Below, in pieces: positions 9,428 to 18,299 of a stretch of DNA of 64,000 bases. The notes under the pieces are model-generated. The model ran no database searches, had not been told where the DNA came from, and worked only from the letters and a program-made list of their open reading frames with translations. Within the stretch, counting starts at the first letter, position 1, and each line of letters starts with the position of its first letter. Where the stretch lies: the IMG/VR virus record IMGVR_UViG_3300024262_000013, one strand, 5' to 3'. The translations under genes were made by a program, and so were the position numbers. The DNA comes from a virus (lineage: Duplodnaviria; Caudoviricetes).

Positions 9428-11521
9428 ATGCCCAGTCAGAATATTAATAATTATAATTTTAATCGATACGATATCCGTTTAGACTATAGTAGTTACTTTG
9501 ACCTCACAATCGCATCAGATGAGAGAGATTATGATGAGGAAGTAGTATTTTCTACAAAACTAATCGCAGAAGACGATGGAGACAGACTGCCCGTATATAT
9601 TGATTTATCATCAAATTTGTCAAATCAACAAATGAAATTGTTATGGAATGTTAATTATACCGGAAATACTTTAGTTTCAGAAAATTATTATAACCCTAAA
9701 AACGTTGATTTATATTGTGAATCCGCGACTACTTTATGTGATATTGGTTTAGTTGCTACGGATAACGGTTTATACGATAAAATGACCGGTGAGACAATAA
9801 CGTTTACTATGGGTATTAATGATTTTGAAAAATGGAACCCACACTATTATGACCGCAGAATGAAATTTCACCCTGTTACGTCATATGCCGATTGGCCAAA
9901 TCATAGGTTTTCAGGTAACTCAAAAACCATATATAATGTGATATCTAAAAATAATGGAGACTCTATTGGTTATTATAATGAACTTTATGGGGGGTTTTAT
10001 CAGGGATTTTATAAGTTATTTGGTTATGATTATGAGGTTTTTCCTGAGAGGGTTAACAAGGGATGGACAATGGAGACCGTCATTAAACCGAGACAAAGGG
10101 AAGAGTTTAAAATACAGCCTTCTGAAGTATACTTAAATGATGTTTATCCTGAAAATTCGGGTATGTTCTTTTATTTTGGTACAAGGGCAGAAAATAAATA
10201 TTATCATCCATCATCAGGTAAGACTGAATCTAAAAGAGGAAACCAAGGTTCAGATGGTTTAGGTTGTTATAATTATAATTGTGGATTTAATGTTGATACC
10301 TCAGGCAGTAGTTCTACTCAATGGACATATAAAAGAGTAACTTCAGGTTTAGGGAATTGTATAAGAACATGTGCCTGCTCAAATACTGGCGTAACTAACT
10401 CTAATTGTTTTGACGTTTTTCCAACATCAGGAACAACAGTTAAACATAATACAGGTCCTTGTGGGGCATATAACACTACAATCGTAAATCCCCCTGTTGA
10501 CCCTGGTGTAGATGCGTTATCTAACGCAATGTCAATCAGATTATCAGGAGACCCTAAGAACCCCCATTTATGTGTAAAATATATTAAATTAACGGGTGAT
10601 TGTGTAACAACAGGTAGTTGTGGTACTACGGGGCTAACATACTCTTCAGGTTACTGTATAAATGAAATATGTTCAGTTAGAGGTATATATGATGATTGTG
10701 GTTATGATTCATTAATATGTTTAACCGCAAATACTGAAGAAAGATGGGTAATGTTTTCCGCTGTATTCGAAAGATATCAAACATTAGAGGATTGTGATTT
10801 AATCAATTGGGGGGGATTAGGAGATATTAGAGACGTTGTTTATCCTTCATCAATAAATGGCGCTAGTATTAATTTAATTACGCCACCACAAACACATATC
10901 GGTAGTAAAAAAGAGAAGAAAACAAGTCTTATAGATTTAAATCGAAAATGGTTAAGAAATAAAGATAGAAGACAAGGTCTTTTAAAACTATATGTTAATG
11001 GTTATTTATTTATGGTGATTGAGGATTTTGAAGAAATTATACCTCGTGAATTAAATACCCAAAAAGAAAAACAACTTGGGGTTCCTTTTAACATAAGTTG
11101 GGGAGGAGGGACACAGGGACTTAGAGAGAGTCTAATGTTCAGTGCTTGTACCGCAACTGAAGGTCCTTATATTCAAGACCCTGAAGATATGCCGAATCAA
11201 ACATTATCAGGTACTTCATTATCTGGATTGACTACCGACATTCTAATCGAACCTAATTTTGGTGGTACGTTTATGGGTGGTATATCACAATTTAGAATGT
11301 ATACGGAGCCGTTGTCAACTCCACAAATACAACATAATTATAGGGAACTAAAAACAAAGTATAATTTATATGATTTTTGGTGTATCGATTGTTTCCCTTG
11401 TCTATTAGGGTGTTACTTTAATTTTGATGCCGACGCTGCGGCATGTGATTTTGATTTCGTAGCTGATGAAATAACTTGTGATTTTGGATTTAATATATCT
11501 GATAATGACCCTAATATATAA
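9428..11521 (+). CDS. Cys-rich probable virion protein with LamG/ConA-like C-terminal region
   Basis: LKLYVNG...FNISWGGG...FMGGISQFRMYTEPLSTPQIQHNY resembles a LamG-like C-terminus; many Cys residues. Confidence 0.5.
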   Translation: MPSQNINNYNFNRYDIRLDYSSYFDLTIASDERDYDEEVVFSTKLIAEDDGDRLPVYIDLSSNLSNQQMKLLWNVNYTGNTLVSENYYNPKNVDLYCESATTLCDIGLVATDNGLYDKMTGETITFTMGINDFEKWNPHYYDRRMKFHPVTSYADWPNHRFSGNSKTIYNVISKNNGDSIGYYNELYGGFYQGFYKLFGYDYEVFPERVNKGWTMETVIKPRQREEFKIQPSEVYLNDVYPENSGMFFYFGTRAENKYYHPSSGKTESKRGNQGSDGLGCYNYNCGFNVDTSGSSSTQWTYKRVTSGLGNCIRTCACSNTGVTNSNCFDVFPTSGTTVKHNTGPCGAYNTTIVNPPVDPGVDALSNAMSIRLSGDPKNPHLCVKYIKLTGDCVTTGSCGTTGLTYSSGYCINEICSVRGIYDDCGYDSLICLTANTEERWVMFSAVFERYQTLEDCDLINWGGLGDIRDVVYPSSINGASINLITPPQTHIGSKKEKKTSLIDLNRKWLRNKDRRQGLLKLYVNGYLFMVIEDFEEIIPRELNTQKEKQLGVPFNISWGGGTQGLRESLMFSACTATEGPYIQDPEDMPNQTLSGTSLSGLTTDILIEPNFGGTFMGGISQFRMYTEPLSTPQIQHNYRELKTKYNLYDFWCIDCFPCLLGCYFNFDADAAACDFDFVADEITCDFGFNISDNDPNI

Positions 11522-11527
11522 TAATTA

Positions 11528-11935
11528 ATGATGGAGTTTTTTATAAGAAAAAATAGTACGTTACCAATTATAAAGGTACAAATCGTAAAAGATGGTAGAT
11601 TAGGATTTCGTGAATTCGATAATTTAACAAAAGACTCTACCATCACATTCAGTATGTGGAATGAAGAAACTAATGTGTATTACATAATGAATAAACCCGC
11701 TTCGGTAATGGTTAAACCATCTACGGTCGGGTCCAATGAAGTGGAGTATTTTGTATATTACCAATTAAGTTCTCACGAAACAAGGGATATTGGTGGATAT
11801 ATAGGTGAGTTTAAAGTTACAAATAGTCAAGGTGAAATTATTTTACCGAGAAGAAAAAAGTTATTTATTAATATAACAGATTCTTTTAGTCGAGCTGATT
11901 TATGTTGTAAACCAAGTACCCCCAATGGGACATAA
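11528..11935 (+). CDS. BppU_N-like (baseplate upper protein N-domain) small virion protein, paralog 1
   Basis: MEFFIRKNSTLPIIKVQ...TITFSM...VYYQL...YIGEFKV...IILP...LFINI is a BppU_N-like pattern. Confidence 0.55.
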   Translation: MMEFFIRKNSTLPIIKVQIVKDGRLGFREFDNLTKDSTITFSMWNEETNVYYIMNKPASVMVKPSTVGSNEVEYFVYYQLSSHETRDIGGYIGEFKVTNSQGEIILPRRKKLFINITDSFSRADLCCKPSTPNGT

Positions 11936-11960
11936 TAAAAATGATATAAAATAATAAAAT

Positions 11961-12314
11961 ATGGAATTTTTTATAAAACATAAAAGTGAATTACCAATTC
12001 TTAAAATGCAAGTGGTTAGAGATGGTAGAACAGACGCCTATAAGATTTTTGATACTGACTTAGATACCGCGACTATTCGATTTTCTATGAAAAATGAATC
12101 AAATGGTATACAAAAAATACTTATGAATAACGCATATATAACTGAAAAAACACAACTTAATCCTGACTCACCATCAGAATATTACATTTATTATCGATGG
12201 AGTAAACGTGATACAAACACTAAAGGTAGGTTTATTGGTGAATTTCATATTCATAATTCAATGGGTGAATTAATTGCTCCAATTAGAGAAAATCTTTATA
12301 TCAATATTATTTGA
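11961..12314 (+). CDS. BppU_N-like small virion protein, paralog 2
   Basis: MEFFIKHKSELPILKMQ...ATIRFSM...IYYRW...FIGEFHI...LIAP...LYINI is a clear paralog of the upstream gene. Confidence 0.55.
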   Translation: MEFFIKHKSELPILKMQVVRDGRTDAYKIFDTDLDTATIRFSMKNESNGIQKILMNNAYITEKTQLNPDSPSEYYIYYRWSKRDTNTKGRFIGEFHIHNSMGELIAPIRENLYINII

Positions 12315-12341
12315 CAACTTCAATAACTTACCTTACCTTTG
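12310..12341 (+). promoter_or_regulatory. Host-RNAP promoter for DNA polymerase (Bacteroidota-type)
   Basis: TTTG (12310-13), 20 nt, TACCTTTG (12334-41) matches the Bacteroidota -33/-7 consensus. It also reads as TTGACA-17-TACCTT. Confidence 0.7.
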
Positions 12342-12408
12342 TTTAAGTGTTAAAGAGTAATCGCATCAATACGATACGAGTAAATGTCTCAAACGAAAAA
12401 CAAATATT

Positions 12409-15240
12409 ATGGTATCACAAGAAGAAATTGAAATCTTCCTTAACGGAGAAGACCCTGAAAAGTATATAGTAGCGTTAGAATATGATTACGCATCAGGAAA
12501 AATATTCAAAGTAATTCAAGACCCTCTTCAGGGTAAAACAATAAAATCAGACACATTTATCCCATTCGCTTGGGTAGGTAACCTACAAGGAATTAACTTT
12601 TATGGTGGGTCTAAATCTGCTCAGAAACAAGCCATGTCTACACATGGTATTATCATAGAAACGTTAGATACACATAATGATTCACGAATGGAAGAAGGTT
12701 TAAAATATTTAGTTAAAACAACTAAAACATATAGTAACTTAGTGAACTTCTTTAAGGGTGGTGGGTTAGACCCATGGGGTCGAGGTAATTCCGACTATAT
12801 AATGATTCTAGCACCCGCGGAACAATATCTCATACAAAAAAATAAAAGACTTTTTAAAGGGTTTGATGAGTATGATGAGGTACATAGGTTCGTATTCGAT
12901 ATTGAGACAACGGGACTATCTCCAGAAGAAAGTAGAATTTTCATGATAGGTATGAAAGACAATAAAGGGTTTGAAAAGGTTATTGCGTGTGAGAATGACG
13001 AAGAAGAACGTAAATTAATTATTGAGTTTTTTGATATTATATCATTTATTAAACCATCGTTAATCGGAGGATATAATTCAGCGTTTTTCGATTTCCCCTT
13101 TATTATTCGTAGAGCCGAAATATTAGGATTAGATATCAAAAAAATATCTAAAACATTAAATCCTAAACAAAAATTAAGACAGAAAGAAGGTATGTTAAAA
13201 TTGGCTAATGAAATGGAGTCATATACTCAAACAATGATGTGGGGGTATAATATCATTGATATTGCGCATGCCGTTAGAAGAACCCAAGCAATTAATTCAG
13301 ACATTAAAAGTTGGGGACTTAAATATATCACTAAATTCATCGGAGCGGAAAAAGAAAACAGAGTTTATGTTGAGGGAGATAAAATTGGTAAAATTTATTT
13401 TGACAATAAAGACTATTATTTTAATCCTAAGACGGGTGGTTATAAAGAAGTTGGGTCAACAGGAACTGAAGACCTAATGGAAAGATTTCCAGGCCATTAC
13501 GAGAAGGTAAACGGTAACTATATTATTGAGAGATATCTTTATGATGATATATGGGAGACTATGATTGTTGATGAAGAATTTAATCAAGCAAATTTTCTAC
13601 TCTCTAAACTGGTTCCTACCACATATGAACGACTATCTACTATGGGTACAGCTACATTATGGAAGATGATTATGGCAGCATGGTCATATAAACATAATTT
13701 AGCTATCCCTAAGAAAGGTGAGAAGAGACCATTTACCGGGGGACTCTCAAGATTATTAGCCGTTGGGTACTCTACGGACGTTTTAAAATTAGATTACTCC
13801 TCACTATACCCATCAATACAGTTAGTCCATGACGTGTTCCCTAAGTGTGATGTAACGGGGGCAATGAAGAGTATGTTGAAGTACTTTAGAGATACCCGTA
13901 TTAACTATAAACAGTTAGCCTCAGATTTATACGTATCCGACCCTGAGCAATCTAAGAAGTATAACCGTAAACAATTACCGATTAAAATATTCATTAACGC
14001 TTTCTTTGGTTCATTATCTGCCCCTCATGTATTTCCATGGGGAGATATGGATATGGGTGAACAAATTACGTGTACTGGTCGACAATATCTTAGACAAATG
14101 ATTATGTGGTTTATGAAACGCGGGTATAATCCTCTTGTAATGGATACTGATGGGGTTAACTTTTCCTCACCACCTGAACGTGAAAAACATACATACATAG
14201 GTAAAGGTTTAAATGGTTTAGTTGTCGAAGGTAAAGAATACATCGGTACAGAAGCAGATGTTGCGGAATACAACGATATATTCATGAGGGGAGAAATGGG
14301 GTTAGATACTGATGGGGTATGGCCATCAACTATAAATGTTGCACGTAAAAACTACGCGTTACTTACTGACACAGGTAAAGTTAAATTAACGGGAAATAGT
14401 ATTAAATCTAAAAAACTACCCACATATGTTGCTGAGTTTTTGGACCACGGGTTAAGACTATTATTAGATGGTAAAGGTCACGAGTTCTTAGATTTTTATT
14501 ATGAGTATGTTGATAAAATCTATAACTTACAAATACCAATTTCTAAAATAGCCAACAAATCTCGTGTAAAACAAAGTATCGGTGATTATAAATTACATAT
14601 GAAAAAAAGAACTAAATCAGGTTCTTTAATGTCAAGACAAGCTCACATGGAATTATCTATAAAACATAAGTTAAATGTTGGTTTAGGTGACACTATCTAC
14701 TATGTCAATAATGGAGAAAGAAAGTCTCATGGTGACGTACAGAAAAAAAATAAGTGGAGCGCAACCGCAGCTGAAAAGAGAGAATATGCTATTGTTAATG
14801 GGAAACCAATGCCTCCTGACTCTTCCGAAATTGTACTTAATTGTTACTTAATTGATGATAAATATATTAGTGAAACACCTGACAAATTAGGTGAATATAA
14901 TATCCCTAGATATATGGCGGCGTTTAATAAACGTATTGAGCCCTTATTAGTAGTTTTTTCTCCTGATATTCGTAGTGAAGTATTAATCGACAACCCTGAA
15001 GACCGACCATTTTTCACAAAATCTCAAACAGAATTAGTTAGAGGTTTCCCAATGAAAGAAGGTAGTCAAGATAATTTAGATGAGGTTTTAACTTTATCAG
15101 AACCAGAAATTAGATTTTGGAATGATGTTAATATAAGCCCGTTTTATATGTACTTAGAAAACACTACTAAATTAGTAGATGAGAAATATGTTAATAAGAA
15201 TATGGAAATTATGAATTCTTTAATCCGTCAGAAGACATAA
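12409..15240 (+). CDS. polB: Family B DNA polymerase with proofreading exonuclease
   Basis: FDIETTG, YNSAFFDFPF, YLYDD (Exo I-III); LDYSSLYPSI (motif A), KIFINAFFG (motif B), MDTDG (motif C). Confidence 0.95.
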   Translation: MVSQEEIEIFLNGEDPEKYIVALEYDYASGKIFKVIQDPLQGKTIKSDTFIPFAWVGNLQGINFYGGSKSAQKQAMSTHGIIIETLDTHNDSRMEEGLKYLVKTTKTYSNLVNFFKGGGLDPWGRGNSDYIMILAPAEQYLIQKNKRLFKGFDEYDEVHRFVFDIETTGLSPEESRIFMIGMKDNKGFEKVIACENDEEERKLIIEFFDIISFIKPSLIGGYNSAFFDFPFIIRRAEILGLDIKKISKTLNPKQKLRQKEGMLKLANEMESYTQTMMWGYNIIDIAHAVRRTQAINSDIKSWGLKYITKFIGAEKENRVYVEGDKIGKIYFDNKDYYFNPKTGGYKEVGSTGTEDLMERFPGHYEKVNGNYIIERYLYDDIWETMIVDEEFNQANFLLSKLVPTTYERLSTMGTATLWKMIMAAWSYKHNLAIPKKGEKRPFTGGLSRLLAVGYSTDVLKLDYSSLYPSIQLVHDVFPKCDVTGAMKSMLKYFRDTRINYKQLASDLYVSDPEQSKKYNRKQLPIKIFINAFFGSLSAPHVFPWGDMDMGEQITCTGRQYLRQMIMWFMKRGYNPLVMDTDGVNFSSPPEREKHTYIGKGLNGLVVEGKEYIGTEADVAEYNDIFMRGEMGLDTDGVWPSTINVARKNYALLTDTGKVKLTGNSIKSKKLPTYVAEFLDHGLRLLLDGKGHEFLDFYYEYVDKIYNLQIPISKIANKSRVKQSIGDYKLHMKKRTKSGSLMSRQAHMELSIKHKLNVGLGDTIYYVNNGERKSHGDVQKKNKWSATAAEKREYAIVNGKPMPPDSSEIVLNCYLIDDKYISETPDKLGEYNIPRYMAAFNKRIEPLLVVFSPDIRSEVLIDNPEDRPFFTKSQTELVRGFPMKEGSQDNLDEVLTLSEPEIRFWNDVNISPFYMYLENTTKLVDEKYVNKNMEIMNSLIRQKT

Positions 15241-15544
15241 CATACCAATTATCTCCAACGAACTTTAATTCTACAGAAGCAAACCTTTCTAGTTGAATTT
15301 CTTCATATTCTTCATCGATTAGTTTGTCTGTTTTTATAATGGTATCACACATAGACTTAATAGTTATGTGGTTAGTCGTAGTGTTATCTAATGTTATAGT
15401 ACTAACATTAATTTTATTTTTTACAATAATTACCCCTTCTCCATTAGTTGTGTAGTTTAATCCGTTCACAATTATAGAGTCTGAAACAAACTTTTCTTGA
15501 CCGTTTATTATTTTTTTTATTGGGTATGATTTTGAGATTCCCAT
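15209..15544 (-). CDS. Hypothetical beta-rich small protein (possibly virion-associated)
   Basis: 111 aa, downstream of the neck gene; ends ASVELKFVGDNWYVMSSDG; 3' end overlaps polB convergently by 32 nt. Confidence 0.5.
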   Translation of the reverse strand: MGISKSYPIKKIINGQEKFVSDSIIVNGLNYTTNGEGVIIVKNKINVSTITLDNTTTNHITIKSMCDTIIKTDKLIDEEYEEIQLERFASVELKFVGDNWYVMSSDGLKNS

Positions 15545-15545
15545 A

Positions 15546-16658
15546 TTATATTACATACATTTGACGAGGTAGAGCTCGGTACTGTAATGATTTATTAAGG
15601 TTTTCAGCTAAATTAGCCTCTCTTTCCATCATTTTATCTGGTCTTAATCTTTCTAACCTAGCAATTAACTCTTCCATTAATTTACTTTTTTCGTCCTTAG
15701 CCTCTGTAAGTAATGAATCATAATCCATTGTGACTTCAGAATCAGGTGTCTTTAAATTACCACTAAATTTACCTCGGACACGACCTAAAGTTTCTTTAAC
15801 GTATGCGACAAACCATTTCCTAACCCAAGCCTGTGCTGGGTTATTTAACTCCGCCCATAACATCTCATCAATAGGTATATCGGAAGGTAATCTAACAACG
15901 TCAGGGTTATTTGCTAAACAATCTTCCCTATCATCGGTCTCATAATACCAATACCATACTTTATATTCGTTATTTGCTATATTACCAAAATCAAACTCCC
16001 CACCAGGCACATTATAAAGATGTAGTGCTTTTTTACCTTCAGGAAGTGCAGTAATACGGTATGTTAACTCACCACTTATAATTCTTCGTTTTAAATTTAT
16101 GTCTTGCATTCTAAGTAATATATCAAATGCGGGTGTTATAGCATAATTTCCAGCTGAACCCATTTGTGAGAAACCGGCACCACCACCGAGACCTCCACCA
16201 CCCATGCCTCCCATACCACCCATAAATGGGTCGAAAAAAGCCGCGTCTAACTCCGCACGAGTAAACCATAAAATTTCATTAACTTCTCTACCTGCGGGTA
16301 TTTCATATATTTGTTGACCGTTTACGAGGTTAATATAATCCCTTTTAAGTATATAGTCACCACCCGCTTGTAGTCCAACAATTTTAGAATATGCGTAAGT
16401 GTATTGAGTTTCCCAATCTAAGGAACGTGTGGTAAATGCCCTTGTGACGGATTCTTCATCTAAGTTCATCCCATAAAGAGATGTCCATTGTGATTCAATT
16501 AACCAATCATTCACATATTGGGCGTAATCTTGAATTGAAAACTCTAATAGTGAGTCCATCATTTCATCTTCGACTTCTACACTACGTATTGGTGCACCTA
16601 GTAGGTGTTTTACACGAGTATATAGTTTTGTTCTTTGTGGTTCATTAATTACTGACAT
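15546..16658 (-). CDS. Neck/head-completion protein (T4 gp13-like)
   Basis: YTRVKHLLGAPIRSVEVEDEMMDSLLEFSIQDY resembles the gp13 N-terminus; C-terminal KETLGRVRGKF...TMDYDSLLTEAKDE. Confidence 0.7.
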   Translation of the reverse strand: MSVINEPQRTKLYTRVKHLLGAPIRSVEVEDEMMDSLLEFSIQDYAQYVNDWLIESQWTSLYGMNLDEESVTRAFTTRSLDWETQYTYAYSKIVGLQAGGDYILKRDYINLVNGQQIYEIPAGREVNEILWFTRAELDAAFFDPFMGGMGGMGGGGLGGGAGFSQMGSAGNYAITPAFDILLRMQDINLKRRIISGELTYRITALPEGKKALHLYNVPGGEFDFGNIANNEYKVWYWYYETDDREDCLANNPDVVRLPSDIPIDEMLWAELNNPAQAWVRKWFVAYVKETLGRVRGKFSGNLKTPDSEVTMDYDSLLTEAKDEKSKLMEELIARLERLRPDKMMEREANLAENLNKSLQYRALPRQMYVI

Positions 16659-16699
16659 ATGTATGTTTTCTTTATAAATATTAAGAAAACTACATTTCT

Positions 16700-18262
16700 T
16701 TAATTAATATATTCAGATGATTCGTTAAAAACGTATCTACCGTTAATTATTTTGGTAGAATTATTCTCAAAAACAACAGTTCCTAACTTATCACTATGGA
16801 AAACTAAGTAATCTGTTTTATAGGGCTTAACGTTACCAGTACCATAAACAACCACTTTACCGTTTCGTTTATTAACACCGTTAAATGGTTTTATTTGTAT
16901 GGTTTTAGACCCTTCAGGTAATTGGACAATTGCATCAATACCTTTAATCATATCATCAACATCACCTAATTCCCCAACTTTTTTAACTTTCTCGGTTTTA
17001 AAAATTTCTCTTAAACTTACAACCGCATCTACTTCACGTTTATCACCAAACTTATTAGTTTTATCTAAACCAGACATGATAGTTTTAAATGTTGGGGAGT
17101 CTGAATTAAAAATGCTATATCTTAATTCAACTAAATATTTATTTAATCTATCTACTTCCGATAATTGTTGGTTACGGTTTTTATCGTTAAAATTAATGGC
17201 ATCGATACCATATTTTCTTAAGTACTTATTAATATCACTAACTAATGTACAAAACGCAGTATAATTAGTGTTTAATTTATTAATAACTGAACGACCTTTT
17301 TGTTCGTAATCGTAAATACCTGACATTTGACCTTCAGAGTACTTATTTTTTTCATACCAATATTCTGAAAAGACCTCTTTTAATATATCCATAATGGTAT
17401 ACATAAAACGTTTTTTAATTTCAGGATTAGTATTAAATAGTCGTCTATATGTTTGAACTTGATTTCTATTACATCCGGCACTTGCCCCTTCAGAGATAAT
17501 ACTTTTTACGATTTTTGTCTCATTTAATTTTTTTGATGTTTGAGATACGTATAATTCGTTAACGTAATCCCAATTAATTACCGACCAAAAATTCCTTATA
17601 TAATCATCTCTTTTATTACGATATTTTAAGTAATATGCGTGTTCCCAGGTATCTAAACAAAGTAATGGATAACCACCATTTTTTACAACATCCATTAATG
17701 GGTTATCTTGGTTCGGTGTTGACATAACTTTTAATCTACCCGATTTAGTCAGAACCAACCATGTCCATCCAGACCCGAAGTTTTTAAGTGCCTCATTACT
17801 AAATATTTTTTTAAATTTTGGAAAATTATCAAAATCTTTGATTATCTTATTGTAGATTTCTCCATGAGCTTTTTGTTTTTCAGGTGACATGATTTTCCAA
17901 AAAAGTGAGTGGTTAAATACTCCTCCACCATTGTCTCTGATTGTTTTATTATATCTCGATATACCTTTTATTATTTGTTCTAATCCAATATCTCCATCAA
18001 TTTTACTTGATAGAGCGTCATTTAATTTTTTTACGTATCCTTTATAGTGTTTGTTATAGTGAGTATCCATAGTTTCTGAGTCTATAAATCTCTCTAAGGC
18101 AGAATAAGAGTACGGCAATTTTTCAATACCTATTTTTTTCATTTCTGTTAAAATTTCTTTAGGGAATTGCGAGTTTTTGTGATTAACTTCTGTTAATTCT
18201 TCTCGGCTATTTAATTTATGTTCTATAAATGAGATTTTATTTATTAATCTTTTGAACTTCAT
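16700..18262 (-). CDS. sod: Fe/Mn superoxide dismutase fused to a C-terminal PD-(D/E)XK-like domain
   Basis: LPYSYSALE...HYNKHYKGY, NGGGVFNHSLFW, FGSGWTWL, NQDNP, DTWEHAYY; all four metal ligands present. The extra ~270 aa end with GDKRE...DMIKGID...TIQIK. Confidence 0.85.
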   Translation of the reverse strand: MKFKRLINKISFIEHKLNSREELTEVNHKNSQFPKEILTEMKKIGIEKLPYSYSALERFIDSETMDTHYNKHYKGYVKKLNDALSSKIDGDIGLEQIIKGISRYNKTIRDNGGGVFNHSLFWKIMSPEKQKAHGEIYNKIIKDFDNFPKFKKIFSNEALKNFGSGWTWLVLTKSGRLKVMSTPNQDNPLMDVVKNGGYPLLCLDTWEHAYYLKYRNKRDDYIRNFWSVINWDYVNELYVSQTSKKLNETKIVKSIISEGASAGCNRNQVQTYRRLFNTNPEIKKRFMYTIMDILKEVFSEYWYEKNKYSEGQMSGIYDYEQKGRSVINKLNTNYTAFCTLVSDINKYLRKYGIDAINFNDKNRNQQLSEVDRLNKYLVELRYSIFNSDSPTFKTIMSGLDKTNKFGDKREVDAVVSLREIFKTEKVKKVGELGDVDDMIKGIDAIVQLPEGSKTIQIKPFNGVNKRNGKVVVYGTGNVKPYKTDYLVFHSDKLGTVVFENNSTKIINGRYVFNESSEYIN

Positions 18263-18299
18263 TTTCTTTTAATTATAAATAATGGTCAATTAGAAATCT

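Noticed and set aside
12345-12408. Possible T4 gp43-style translational operator in the polB leader
   Set aside because: Only a short imperfect stem (tcgcatc...gatacga) is visible, which is too weak to support.
13960-14170. PolB motif variants (NAFFG instead of NSxYG; MDTDG instead of GDTDS)
   Set aside because: The catalytic Asp and Lys residues are intact; the changes are within plausible family variation and do not support altered specificity.
16150-16225. Gly/Met-rich run in the neck protein (GGMGGMGGGGLGGGAG)
   Set aside because: Low-complexity loop with varied codons; not a DNA-level repeat or a distinct element.
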